A DNA stretch of 62,627 nt, filler included, from Candidatus Babelota bacterium (GCA_017999075.1; 10 parts of 10 records of this genome joined end to end with filler, not necessarily neighbours in it); one strand, 5' to 3'; counted from the whole stretch's first letter, positions 41,519 through 52,224 are shown. Notes: generated from the letters alone by a model not told the origin. Numbers and translations: made by a program.

Positions 41519-42516
41519 ATTTTTTTCTCCTTTTCTTTAATTTTTGGCATCATATATATATTTTTAAACCTTAAATCTATATAATCAATATATCCTGATT
41601 CACAACTTGATAATATTATATCAATATTTTCAAGTCTGCCTATATAATTATCAGAGTAACAATACACTTTAATTCCATTTTTTAAATATAATACGAAATT
41701 TCCTTTATTATATTCTATTTCAGATACAGTATCTTTTATTTTTGAAGGAATAGTATTAGTGATTTTAATTAACCTGCTCATATCCTGATTGTCAATTTTT
41801 TTCCCTGACATATCAATTTTGTAACCAGAAACTGATAAAACTAAATAATCTGTTTTAAGAGGATCCTTTATATCAAACAAATTAAGTTTTGCATCAATTA
41901 ATTTTATGTTATTATCCTCTCCTATAACAATTCCTACAGGAATTTTTTCAATAATATTAATGCCTACGCTGTAATCAAAATTTCTGCTTATATATAATTT
42001 TTCAATTGCATTACACCGATCAATTATATATTTATGAAGTTCATTTATATCAAATTTAAATATATTGCTGTATTCAGGAATTCCTTTTGAATAACAATAT
42101 TCCAAATATAAATTTTTAATATTTTTTTTAGGAATAATGTTACAGCCGTTTATCTTAATATCACTTATCAAAAATTTCTTTGAGGTAGTCATATAATTTT
42201 TTATATGTTCTGCTCCGAGCCACAGCAGGATTATCGCAAGTGAAGCAACGCTTAGTTTTAAAAATTTAATCAAAAATTTTATAATGTAATCGTTATTAAT
42301 TATTCTGCTGCTGCTATTATCACGTTTTGTTTTTATTTCAAATTTTTTTTTACCAAAAGGCGTTATCTTGTCAAATGCAAAAAACAACAATACTGCAGAT
42401 ATCATATCATATATTTTCTTTAATAATAATTCTACTGACAATGCGCTATTTTTGTTTTTTCTTGCAATTTGCTGATTTTTTAAAAGTTTATGTGACAATC
42501 CGTTATATTTAAACAT
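41515..42516 (-). CDS. ftsQ: FtsQ/DivIB
   Basis: Single TM, POTRA-like region, C-terminal YIDLRF; located between ddl and ftsA. Confidence 0.8.
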   Translation of the reverse strand: MFKYNGLSHKLLKNQQIARKNKNSALSVELLLKKIYDMISAVLLFFAFDKITPFGKKKFEIKTKRDNSSSRIINNDYIIKFLIKFLKLSVASLAIILLWLGAEHIKNYMTTSKKFLISDIKINGCNIIPKKNIKNLYLEYCYSKGIPEYSNIFKFDINELHKYIIDRCNAIEKLYISRNFDYSVGINIIEKIPVGIVIGEDNNIKLIDAKLNLFDIKDPLKTDYLVLSVSGYKIDMSGKKIDNQDMSRLIKITNTIPSKIKDTVSEIEYNKGNFVLYLKNGIKVYCYSDNYIGRLENIDIILSSCESGYIDYIDLRFKNIYMMPKIKEKEKKI

Positions 42517-42534
42517 GTTTTTTCAATATTTACC

Positions 42535-43479
42535 TTACAAATTATTTTTTATAAATGTTTTTATCAAATCTTCAAATTCTATTCCTGCAGCTCGGGCTGC
42601 TTTAGGCAGCAAACTTGTTTCAGTCATGCCTGGTATTGTGTTTATTTCAAGCACAGTGACCTTTCCTTCTTTATCAATAATCATATCAATTCTGGCAAAA
42701 TCTTTGCATTCAAGGGATTTAAAGCATTCTTCTCCGATTTTTTTTATTTTTTCTGTTAATACGGAATCTATTCTGGCAGGGACTATATAATCAGTTTTAC
42801 CTTTTGTATATTTAGCTTCATAATCGAAAAAATCATTATGAGGGGCAATTTCAATTACGGGCAAAGCCATAATATTTCCGCCTTTTTCAATAACTGCAAC
42901 TGTAACTTCTCTGCCGGGTATATATTTTTCAATCATAACTTTTTTAGAATGTTTGAACGCTTCTTCAACTGCATTTTTTAATAAATTTCTATCTTTAACA
43001 ATGCTCAATCCTATGCTTGAACCCTCATCAATAGGTTTTATTACTGCAGGCAGTTCCAATTCATATAAATTTATTTCATTTATATCATTAAAAAGACTGA
43101 AATCAGGAGTTGGAATATTTTTCTGTAAAAAAATTAGTTTGGTATAATATTTATTCAGACATAATGAACTGGACATTACTCCTGAACCGCAGTATTTTTT
43201 TCCCAACAATTCAAGGTATCCCTGAACTGTTCCGTCTTCGCCGTATCTGCCGTGAAGAGCTATAAAAGCGACATCAAATTTTTGTTTAGCAATATCAGAT
43301 ATATTTTCACGGGATAATCTGAAAGGTATCACTTTTATATTTTTCGTATTTAATGCATTTATCACTGCAGTTCCAGTTTTTTCAGAAACTTTATATTCCG
43401 ATGAAAAACCGCAATATATGACTAAAACTGTAGCAGATTCTATATCTACCCTCTCTTCGTTATTCAATATTTCATTCAT
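42535..43479 (-). CDS. ddl: D-alanine-D-alanine ligase
   Basis: LHGRYGEDG, KPIDEGSSIG, FDYEAKY, EINTIPGMT. Confidence 0.95.
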   Translation of the reverse strand: MNEILNNEERVDIESATVLVIYCGFSSEYKVSEKTGTAVINALNTKNIKVIPFRLSRENISDIAKQKFDVAFIALHGRYGEDGTVQGYLELLGKKYCGSGVMSSSLCLNKYYTKLIFLQKNIPTPDFSLFNDINEINLYELELPAVIKPIDEGSSIGLSIVKDRNLLKNAVEEAFKHSKKVMIEKYIPGREVTVAVIEKGGNIMALPVIEIAPHNDFFDYEAKYTKGKTDYIVPARIDSVLTEKIKKIGEECFKSLECKDFARIDMIIDKEGKVTVLEINTIPGMTETSLLPKAARAAGIEFEDLIKTFIKNNL

Positions 43480-43523
43480 TGTAAATCCTCCTGCCAGAAA
43501 AAATTTTTTAACTTACAAATTCA

Positions 43524-44432
43524 TTATTTAATTATTTCCACTTCAAGTTCAAGTTCAATATTGAACTTTTTCAGCACTGTTTCTTTTATTAGTTCTATCA
43601 ATTTTATTATGTCGTTAAAACAAGCATTGTTGTCATTTACAATAAAATTAGCATGTTTTACCGAAACAGATGCGCCTCCGATTCTGTATCCTTTTAGTCC
43701 TGCTTCATCTATAAGCCTTCCTGCAGAATTTCCGGCAGGATTCTTAAAAATGCATCCTGCACTGAACTCTTTCAAAGGCTGTGTATTTTGTTTTATCAAA
43801 AAGTTTTCATTTAATGCGTTTAAAATACTTATACGATCATATTTTTTCAATTTGAACACAGCATCAATCACAATGATATTTTTTTTCTGTTTAATTGAAG
43901 TGGTTCTGTATGAAGGAAATATATCTGCCGGTTTAATAATATTTTTCTCTCCGGAATATGTCATTACATTCATTTTTTCTATTAAATCGTTAACACTATG
44001 ATTTTTTATACCACTATTGTTAACAATTGCCCCGCCAATTGTTCCTGGAATTCCCATAGCCCATTCAAGACCTGATAATCCGAATTCGGCAGTTTTTCTT
44101 ACAACCTGCTGAAGAGATGCACCTGCAGAACAAATCATCGAATCATCGCCAACCGATATTTTGTTAAAATTTTCTCCTAAACTTATAATAACGAATTTTT
44201 CCAGATTATTACTGAAAATCATGTTTGTGCATTTGCCTGTAATGATAATATTTAATTCTCGATTTTTAAAAAATTGCAATGCAATAACCAAATCTTCTAT
44301 TTCTTCAATACTTATAAGAGCCGCAGGTTTTCCTCCGACTTTCATTGAACTGTAATTTTTCAATTCTACATCGTAATAAATATAACTCGTTTTGAAATTA
44401 GAACTCAATTCAGAAAAAACAGACTTATACAT
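43524..44432 (-). CDS. murB: UDP-N-acetylenolpyruvoylglucosamine reductase
   Basis: GLEWAMGIPGTIGGA, SAGCIFKNP, KHANFIVN, LELEV. Confidence 0.95.
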   Translation of the reverse strand: MYKSVFSELSSNFKTSYIYYDVELKNYSSMKVGGKPAALISIEEIEDLVIALQFFKNRELNIIITGKCTNMIFSNNLEKFVIISLGENFNKISVGDDSMICSAGASLQQVVRKTAEFGLSGLEWAMGIPGTIGGAIVNNSGIKNHSVNDLIEKMNVMTYSGEKNIIKPADIFPSYRTTSIKQKKNIIVIDAVFKLKKYDRISILNALNENFLIKQNTQPLKEFSAGCIFKNPAGNSAGRLIDEAGLKGYRIGGASVSVKHANFIVNDNNACFNDIIKLIELIKETVLKKFNIELELEVEIIK

Positions 44433-44732
44433 TTATCTGTTCCTTATAAATAATATAAATTGTTTAATGCTCATTTTTATTTAATTTAATATCCTGAATA
44501 AAAAATATGTTAAACCCAAAAAAACACCATGTATTTTTTATTAATATGTCAACTATTTTTACTTGACATTATTTTTTTTGATAATTTTTCTGATACGGCC
44601 CATATATTTTCTGCTCCAAGAGTCAATACAATNNNNNNNNNNNNNNNNNNNNNNNNNNNNNNNNNNNNNNNNNNNNTTAATTAATTAANNNNNNNNNNNN
44701 NNNNNNNNNNNNNNNNNNNNNNNNNNNNNNNN

Positions 44733-44802
44733 TGCTTGAATTTTTATTTTAACATTCCTAACATTCAAGCGAAAATTTTAATATTTTTTTATCTTTAGCC
44801 AT
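44733..44802 (-). pseudogene. Ribosomal protein L33-like N-terminus with two in-frame stops
   Basis: Reads MAKDKKILKFSLEC*EC*NKNSS, resembling the L33 pattern MAK..R..I.LECTECK.RNY; promoter and AGGGGG upstream; at contig edge. Confidence 0.4.
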
Positions 44803-44837
44803 TTTATCAAAATATCCCCCTAAAAAAAATTCAAAAT

Positions 44838-44867
44838 ATTCTATTAAAAAAAAAAAAAAAATGTCAA
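44838..44867 (-). promoter_or_regulatory. Sigma70 promoter with poly(T) spacer
   Basis: TTGACA-T16-AA-TAGAAT (18-nt spacer); the -35 overlaps the pth stop codon. Confidence 0.6.
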
Positions 44868-45442
44868 GCTTTTTTTATTTTTTTATTAAATTTGTTCATT
44901 GCAGCGGTCAAACCGGATGTTAATATGTGAAAAACTGCATCTGCAGAATCACTTATTATGAACCGAATTTCTTTTTTCTGAGCAATATTAAAATCAGATA
45001 AAACATAATATTCCATCGGAATATTATCTTCAGGCATTCCTATACCTATTCGAATTCTTATAATATTATCCGTTCCAACACAATTAATTACAGACTGCAA
45101 TCCATTATGTCCTCCGGCTCCGCCGTTTTTTCTTATCCTGATGAAACCAAATTCAAGATAAACATCATCCGACAATATAATAATATTTTCTGCTGGTTCA
45201 TTATAAAAATCCATTATTTTTCTAATACTTCTGCCGCTGTTATTCATATAAGTCATAGGTTTGACAAGCATAATTTTTTCGCCGTCACTTGTAAAATCCG
45301 TATAATCGCATTCAAATTTAGAGGAGGATTTAAAACTTTTTTTTTTCTCTGCCGCAATATAGTCTACTACCATGAACCCCGCATTATGTCTGTTAAATTC
45401 GTATTTAGCTCCCGGATTGCCTAACCCAACTATGATTTTCAT
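44864..45442 (-). CDS. pth: Peptidyl-tRNA hydrolase
   Basis: VGLGNPG, RHNAGF, KPMTYMNNSG, GGHNGL. Confidence 0.96.
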   Translation of the reverse strand: MKIIVGLGNPGAKYEFNRHNAGFMVVDYIAAEKKKSFKSSSKFECDYTDFTSDGEKIMLVKPMTYMNNSGRSIRKIMDFYNEPAENIIILSDDVYLEFGFIRIRKNGGAGGHNGLQSVINCVGTDNIIRIRIGIGMPEDNIPMEYYVLSDFNIAQKKEIRFIISDSADAVFHILTSGLTAAMNKFNKKIKKA

Positions 45443-45510
45443 AATTAACTAAAAACCTCTATTTTGATATAAAAAACTTTTTCTATAAAATAATTTAATT
45501 TGATATGCTG

Positions 45511-45897
45511 TCAGGAATAAGCCTTGTTTAAGAGTTCCAGATATTTTATATTCATATTAAATATTTTTTTTACAAGTCCGTCAATTATCTTCAAGGCAAA
45601 ATCAGGGGACATTTTAAATACATCTTTCAAAGTCTCTTTATTAAACACATACAATACTGTAGGTTTAACAGCTCTCACCGAAGCATCTCTGGTTCTACTT
45701 TCAAACAAAGCTGTTTCCCCGAAAAAATCTCCTGCTCCGATTTGAGTCAACGGAATAATTTTTTTTGATTTGGAGGTTTTATATATTTCAAGTTCTCCTT
45801 CTTTAACAATATAAAATTCATTTCCCTGAGTTCCTTCGCTTATAACTATTTCTCCTTCAGAAATTTTTTTTTCAAATTTTAGCAAATTTTCATTCAT
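45511..45897 (-). CDS. Stand-alone cyclic-nucleotide-binding domain protein
   Basis: FYIVKEG, GDFFGETALF..RDASVRA; no HTH. Confidence 0.85.
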   Translation of the reverse strand: MNENLLKFEKKISEGEIVISEGTQGNEFYIVKEGELEIYKTSKSKKIIPLTQIGAGDFFGETALFESRTRDASVRAVKPTVLYVFNKETLKDVFKMSPDFALKIIDGLVKKIFNMNIKYLELLNKAYS

Positions 45898-46004
45898 TTA
45901 ATTTCCCCTCCAAAATCCGGATAATAATTCCGGTAAAATTATTATTATTCAAAAAGGTTTTTTAATTTTTGTGAAATTTATAATTATATTATTTTCAATA
46001 TTTT

Positions 46005-46568
46005 TCACACTTTAAATCTACTTATAGAAATTCCATTTCCCACTACAGCAATTTCAGTTTCCATATTTTTAATATTACTTATAAAATCAATAAAATCCTT
46101 TGTTTCATTTTTATGAGTATTTATATTGTCAGCTACTATCATCCCGTTTTTATCCAACAATTCAAGACTTTTTTTAAAAGATTCAGTATAATGTTTCTTG
46201 ACTATATCCATAAAAATAAAATCATATTTTTTTTCTAATGTTATAAAACCATCAAGACATTCAGGACAATGCCCCAAATGTATATTTATTTTCAATCCCG
46301 AATTTTTAAAATGATTCGATGCAATATCAAATCTTATCTTATTTGATTCTATAGTATCCACTACATAATCCTTATTATCATTCTGAAACGCAGCAGATGC
46401 TAACCATAAAGTCGAATAACCGCCGGAAGTTCCATATTCAAGAATTCTTATATATTTTTTTTTTAAAATTAAATCGTATAAAAATCCAGCTTCATCTTCA
46501 GGAATATTCCATAAATTGTTGTCAATGCAATATTGTTTAATTTTATATATGTAATTTGAATTTATCAT
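46005..46568 (-). CDS. Class I SAM-dependent O-methyltransferase (YrrM/TrmR-like)
   Basis: ILEYGTSGGYSTLWL, DFIFMD..K..Y, VADN. Confidence 0.85.
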   Translation of the reverse strand: MINSNYIYKIKQYCIDNNLWNIPEDEAGFLYDLILKKKYIRILEYGTSGGYSTLWLASAAFQNDNKDYVVDTIESNKIRFDIASNHFKNSGLKINIHLGHCPECLDGFITLEKKYDFIFMDIVKKHYTESFKKSLELLDKNGMIVADNINTHKNETKDFIDFISNIKNMETEIAVVGNGISISRFKV

Positions 46569-46677
46569 TTTATGTTTGCAAGTTAATTATAAATTATTAA
46601 TTTTAATTGATTTCTTATTAAAAATCAACTGTTTTAACAGATTACTTTTAAAATCTAAAAAATGGAAAAATTATTAA

Positions 46678-46705
46678 TTGACTAAATAAATTATATTTAT
46701 ATAAT
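46678..46705 (+). promoter_or_regulatory. Putative sigma70 promoter
   Basis: TTGACT-N16-TATAAT upstream of 46767. Confidence 0.4.
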
Positions 46706-46766
46706 TAAAAAGTTATTTTTATATAAAATTAATGCTCTATCAAAAAAAATTATTGTTTAACAATTT

Positions 46767-48776
46767 ATGTTATACATATTAAAACGATTATCTTTAGGCA
46801 TATTTCTAATTATTCTTGCCGCTTCAGTTCTACTTATTTCAGATTGGGACAGGAGAGTTGTAAAAAAAGAAGTTAAACTAAAAAAAATAGCTTTATTCAT
46901 ATTTTCTTCAAGACCTGTTCTTGAAGATGGTCAAAAAGGTGTCATTGACGCCCTTGCTGAAAACGGGTTTATTGACGGAGAGAATATTTCTATAAAAAAA
47001 TACAATGCTGAAAGCGATATGAATGTTGCAAATTCCATCGCTAAAGAAATCACAAGCGGAATTTTCGATATGGTAATATCTCTTTCAACTCCAGGTCTTC
47101 AAACTACTGCAAATGCAAACAAATCAAATAAAATTACTCATATTTTCGGGATCGTAACATATCCTGCAGGCGCTGGAGTTGGAATTAATGAAGAACCCTA
47201 CGATCATCCAGGGCATATTGCCGGATTCGGCACATTTCAGCCAGTTGATGAAATATTTGAATTAATTAAACAGATCAAACCTGACTTAAAAAAAGTAGGA
47301 GTTGTTTGGACCCCATCAGAAGCATGTTCAGCAGCGTGCCTTGATAGAGCAAGAATAATAACTAAAAAGTTGAATATCAAACTTATAGAAGCTACGATAG
47401 ATAATTCATCCGGAATTTACGAAGCTGCTGCATCCCTGGTTCAGCGAGGAGCTCAAGCTTTATGGATCGGAGGAGACAATATAGTAGAACTTGGTGCTGT
47501 ATCAGTTATTGAAGCTGCAAAAAAAGGAAAAATTCCGGTATTTACAAATAATACCGACCATATAAAACTCGGTGCTTTTTTATCTCTCGGCGCAAATTAT
47601 TATACTGTCGGAAAAGAAACAGGAAAACTTGCAGCATCTGTATTAAACGGGATACTTCCTTCTTCTATCCCCACAAAAAATCTTACTCCTCCGCAGCTTT
47701 ATATTAATCTTAAATCTTTGGAAAACCTTAAAGAAAAATGGACGATTCCTGAAAGCATTTTAAAAAAAGCTGATTCATTGATTGATAAAAACGGTTTCCA
47801 AACAAATAAAAATAACAACAAAGAAAATCCCGTATTAATTCAAAAACAGCAAATAGAAACATCAAAAAAAAAATGGAATATTGTAATTTTACGTTACACA
47901 GAAACAATTAATTCTGACGAAGCAATAGATGGAATAAAAAAAGGGCTTTCTAAAAAAAATTTAAAATACGGAGTTGATTATAATTTAAAAATTGTTTCAG
48001 CTCAAAATGATTTGACTGTTCTGAATTCTTTAGTTGCTTCAATGCCGAACAACAATCCGGACTTAATATTTACAATCACAACTCAGGCAACTCAGGCGTT
48101 AATGAAAAAATATGCAGGAACAAATGTTCCTGTAGTATTTTCTTATCTTGCAGATCCTATATTAGCAGGTCTCGGCGAATCATATACAAAACATATTCCA
48201 AATGTTGCGGGTTCGTGGACTACTTGCGATTATGAAAATACAATAAAAATACTAAAAGAACTTATCCCGGGAATCAAAAGAATCGGAACCCTATATTCAA
48301 CAAATGAATTAAACTCTGATTATCATTATAATAATTTATTGAAGTTTACAAAAAAATAAGGAATTGAATTTATTAAAATAGGCGTCTCTGCATCTTCTGA
48401 TATTCCTGATGCAGCTATAGCTCTATGTTCAAAAAAAATTGATGCAGTATTGCAGGTTATGGATAATTTAACTGATGTTTCTTTCGGTAAAATAAGCGAG
48501 GTATGCCAAAAACATAAAGTTCCTTTGTTCGGTTTTTCTTCAAGTAATGTTGAAGACGGAGCTATACTTGCTTTATCAAGAGATTTTTTCACAGGCGGCC
48601 TTGAAGCAGGAATTATTGCAGCAGAAATTATTAATGGTAAAAATCCCAACGACATTGCTTTTAAACCGGTTCTAAAAAGTTATCTTGCGGTTAATCCTGA
48701 AACGGCAAAATTTTATGGAATTAAAATTCCTGATAAAATAATGAAAAAAGCAATTAAAATTATTGTTAAAAATTAA
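46767..48776 (+). pseudogene. Tandem-domain ABC substrate-binding protein interrupted by one in-frame TAA
   Basis: ORFs 46767-48359 and 48450-48776 are in the same frame; read-through gives TKK*GIEFIKIGVSASSDIPDAAIAL and completes the second domain. Confidence 0.75.
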
Positions 48777-48815
48777 AAAAAATTATATAACTATTATAAA
48801 TAAATATTAAATCAA

Positions 48816-49136
48816 ATGGAAATAACAAAAAATATTCAGAATAATATTATTGAAATAATGGTTGAAGGAAGGTTGGATGCATATTGGTCAGAACATTTAT
48901 CGCGTGAATTATCTGAAATATTAAGAACAGGCGCAGATAAAATTTATCTCAATATGAGTAAAATAAATTATATAAGTTCAGCAGGAGTCCGGATACTGAT
49001 TCAATACTCAAAAAAAATCAAGGAATTAAACGGTGAATTTTCAATTACTGAACCTTCCGAACCTGTAAAATCTGTTCTTGAAATGACAGGTCTTGATTCA
49101 ATTATTTTTAATCCAGGCAATCCAGAAAAAAAATTT
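48816..49136 (+). CDS. STAS-domain anti-sigma antagonist, truncated
   Basis: GRLDA, NYISSAGVR, VLEMTGL. Confidence 0.85.
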
Positions 49137-49236
49137 NNNNNNNNNNNNNNNNNNNNNNNNNNNNNNNNNNNNNNNNNNNNTTAATTAATTAANNNNNNNN
49201 NNNNNNNNNNNNNNNNNNNNNNNNNNNNNNNNNNNN

Positions 49237-49289
49237 TTACAAGTCAATAAAAATAATATAAAAGAAAATAAAACAAGATATCTGCCCAT
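49237..49289 (-). CDS. Start of a probable lipoprotein, truncated
   Basis: MGRYLVLFSFILFLLTC at contig edge. Confidence 0.4.
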
Positions 49290-49555
49290 TATTTAAATTA
49301 TACCACATTATTTTAAAATTTGCAAATTAAGTTTTTTAATTTTAAAAATTTTACATTTTTTTAATTTGATTTTTTTCAATGATTATTTTAAGATTACTAA
49401 AATTTATCGTTTATTTTATTAATTTTTTTTATTTCAAAATTCATTTTTTATATAAATATAATTTATGGAATTGGTTCTAAAATATAGCTATATATTTAAT
49501 ACTCCCATAAATTATCTTACAAATTATCAAAAATTAGTGGTAGGATTATTATAAT

Positions 49556-51874
49556 ATGTCTTTACTCAATTCTGAAAATAATAACTGCATACTGAATTAT
49601 TTTAATGAAAACCATTTTTTTAAAAATTTTTTTGTAAATTCACCTTACAGCATGTGGATATCAAATAATAACGGCGTAATGATAAAAGTGAACGATTCAT
49701 TTAAAAAAATGTGGAATACAAATGAAAGTGAAGTTATAGAAAAATATTGTCTTTTCACAGACAAATTATTAAGTCAGATGGGGATTACAGATAAACTTAA
49801 AGAAGTTTTTGAAAAAGGAAAAACAGTACATTTTTTTCTTGTTAAATACGATCCTGCGAAATTAGGAAATGTTGATATGCCATATAGTTCGGCTAGAATG
49901 ATAGATGTTGCAGTAAACCCTATTTATACCGGAGACAATATAATTTCAGGAGCGCTTATTCAGCATTTTGATTTAACCAACAATTTCGATTTTTTATTTG
50001 AAAACTCAATAGACGCTATTATACATACTGACAAAAACGGAATAATAACAAATGCCAACAATGCTGCGGAAATTCTGTTTGGATGGAAAAAATCAGAACT
50101 TATAGGTTCTGATTTTTCGATTATTTATGCTCCTGAAAAATCATATAAATACGTAAAAAAATTCAAAGAATGGCTCGAAAATAATAAAAGCGAATACAAT
50201 GAAGTAGAAATAATAACTAAAAACAGAAAAATAAAATACTGCGAACTTTCACCTATTGCTGTCAATATAAACGAAAACGTAATAATACAGATGATATTTA
50301 AAGATATCACAAAGCGTAAACAGGATGAAAAGGAATTTAAAGAACTTGCATCACTGAACAGTCAAATAATTGAAAACGCTCAGGATGGCATAATTGTTTA
50401 TGATTTAAATTTGAAATATATTATATGGAACTCCTTTATGGAAAAATTGTCAGGTAAAAAAAAGGAGGAGGTTATCGGAAAATATCCTCATGAAGTTTTT
50501 CCGTTTCTTAAAGAAGAGGGAGTTATTGATCTTCTCAATAGTATTCTGGCAGGAGGACAGCCGGATCTTATTGAATTTTCTATAACGCCCCATGGTGCAA
50601 ATAAAATCGATTGGGTGTGGGATTTAAGTTCTCCTTTAAAAAATGAAAAAGGCGAGATAATAGGAATATTAGGTATAGTTCGAAAAATTACCGAATACAA
50701 AATAATTCAGGAACAATTAATTCATTCTGAAAAATTGTCAGCAGTAGGTCATCTTGCTGCAGGGATAGCCCATGAGTTCAATAACATACTTGCAATAGCC
50801 CAGGGATATACTCAGCTTCTTATTAAAACATCAGAAAAAGTTCTTCCTGAAAAACAGCTCAATTCAATAAAAACGATTGAAAAAGTAATCAAACGCGGAA
50901 AAAATATTGTATCTCAAATGATGGAATTTTCCAAACCCAAATCTCCTCAAAAAGAATCAGCTAACATTGCCGACATACTTGAAAGAATAATTGAATTTCA
51001 TAAAAACATATTTGAATCAGAACATATAACAATAGAAAAAAAATACAATACATCAAAAATGATATTAATTGATATTGGTCAAATGGAACAGGTTTTTTTA
51101 AATATAATTATAAATGCGCGTCATGCTTTAATACCTAAAAACGGAGGATGTATCAAGCTTGAAATATCTGAAAAAAATAACCATATTGATGTAATTATTT
51201 CCGATAACGGAATAGGAATGAATGAAGAAACCAAGAAAAAATTATTCACACCGTTCTTTACAACAAAAGGAGCATATTCTCAAAATAATTATGGAATAAA
51301 CGGTACAGGCCTCGGTTTATCAGTAACATATATGATAATTCAAAACCACGGAGGTAAAATTTTTGTTTCCAGCGAAGAAAATATAGGTACTTCTTTCACT
51401 ATAAGCCTACCATTAGAAAAATCAACTCCATCCATTATAAATAAAAATGGGGTTGAAAAATACACGAATGATTTACAGGAAAAATCCCTTAAAATTTTAC
51501 TGATTGATGATGAAACTCATATAATTGAAATAGTCCGGCAAATACTTGAAATGAATAATTGTGAAGTTATTATAAGCACAAACGGAAAAGAAAGTATTGA
51601 ATATTTCAAAAATAATAATTTTGATGCTGTATTTCTTGATATATTGCTGCCTGATATGAACGGAATAGACGTGCTGAAAAAAATGAAAAAAATAAATAAT
51701 AAAATTAATTTTATATTCCTATCAGGAAAACCTAATCTTGAAGTTGAAGAATTAAAAAAACTCGGCGCATTTGCAGTAATAGAAAAGCCTTTTGAATATA
51801 CAGAAATATCACAAGTAATATCAAATATCAAAATCAAACAACAGACAAATTTATTTGATAGTCAGGCAAATTAA
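49556..51874 (+). CDS. Multi-PAS hybrid sensor histidine kinase
   Basis: Three PAS-like units, AGIAHEFNN, DNGIG, GTGLGL, receiver LIDDE..DILLP..KPF. Confidence 0.92.
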   Translation: MSLLNSENNNCILNYFNENHFFKNFFVNSPYSMWISNNNGVMIKVNDSFKKMWNTNESEVIEKYCLFTDKLLSQMGITDKLKEVFEKGKTVHFFLVKYDPAKLGNVDMPYSSARMIDVAVNPIYTGDNIISGALIQHFDLTNNFDFLFENSIDAIIHTDKNGIITNANNAAEILFGWKKSELIGSDFSIIYAPEKSYKYVKKFKEWLENNKSEYNEVEIITKNRKIKYCELSPIAVNINENVIIQMIFKDITKRKQDEKEFKELASLNSQIIENAQDGIIVYDLNLKYIIWNSFMEKLSGKKKEEVIGKYPHEVFPFLKEEGVIDLLNSILAGGQPDLIEFSITPHGANKIDWVWDLSSPLKNEKGEIIGILGIVRKITEYKIIQEQLIHSEKLSAVGHLAAGIAHEFNNILAIAQGYTQLLIKTSEKVLPEKQLNSIKTIEKVIKRGKNIVSQMMEFSKPKSPQKESANIADILERIIEFHKNIFESEHITIEKKYNTSKMILIDIGQMEQVFLNIIINARHALIPKNGGCIKLEISEKNNHIDVIISDNGIGMNEETKKKLFTPFFTTKGAYSQNNYGINGTGLGLSVTYMIIQNHGGKIFVSSEENIGTSFTISLPLEKSTPSIINKNGVEKYTNDLQEKSLKILLIDDETHIIEIVRQILEMNNCEVIISTNGKESIEYFKNNNFDAVFLDILLPDMNGIDVLKKMKKINNKINFIFLSGKPNLEVEELKKLGAFAVIEKPFEYTEISQVISNIKIKQQTNLFDSQAN

Positions 51875-51882
51875 TTTTTTAT

Positions 51883-51995
51883 AATCAAATATAATTTTTT
51901 TCCATTATAAATGGCAAAATCAATTTTTCTTGATGACTTATCTACTGTTAAATTTAAATTCCACTTTTTTTTATTTTGGGTGCAGGAGTTTGTTC
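51883..51995 (-). pseudogene. DpnII-family restriction endonuclease remnant
   Basis: With one frameshift reads KIKK-KWNLNLTVDKSSRKIDFAIYNGKKLYLI, resembling the DpnII-family core just before E.NFY. Confidence 0.55.
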
Positions 51996-51999
51996 AATA

Positions 52000-52222
52000 T
52001 ATTTGTTGAATAACTTTGTAGCCGATTATTAGTTCTTTATTTATATCCAACAAATACGTTTTTTTACTAAAAAATTATTCTTAAGATAGAAAAAAAAAGC
52101 TCCTCCGCCTAAAAAAGGTTCGATATATGATTCAACAATTTTTGTTTCAAAATTTCAGACGGTAATTTATTGCTCAAATCCGATATAATTTGAGATTTTC
52201 CACCTGCCCATTTTAAAAAACC
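52000..52222 (-). pseudogene. Dam/DpnM-type adenine methyltransferase remnant
   Basis: FLKWAGGKSQ / YIEPFLGGGAFFF / LLDINKELIIGYKVIQ in order, separated by two frameshifts. Confidence 0.85.
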
Positions 52223-52224
52223 TG

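Noticed and set aside
45511-45897. cNMP-binding protein as receptor for the cyclase at 28944
   Set aside because: Different contig and housekeeping context; cannot be linked.
44733-48776. Stop-codon reassignment (in-frame TAA/TAG in two genes of one contig)
   Set aside because: Only three such codons; TAA and TAG terminate many genes normally elsewhere and long ORFs lack internal stops.
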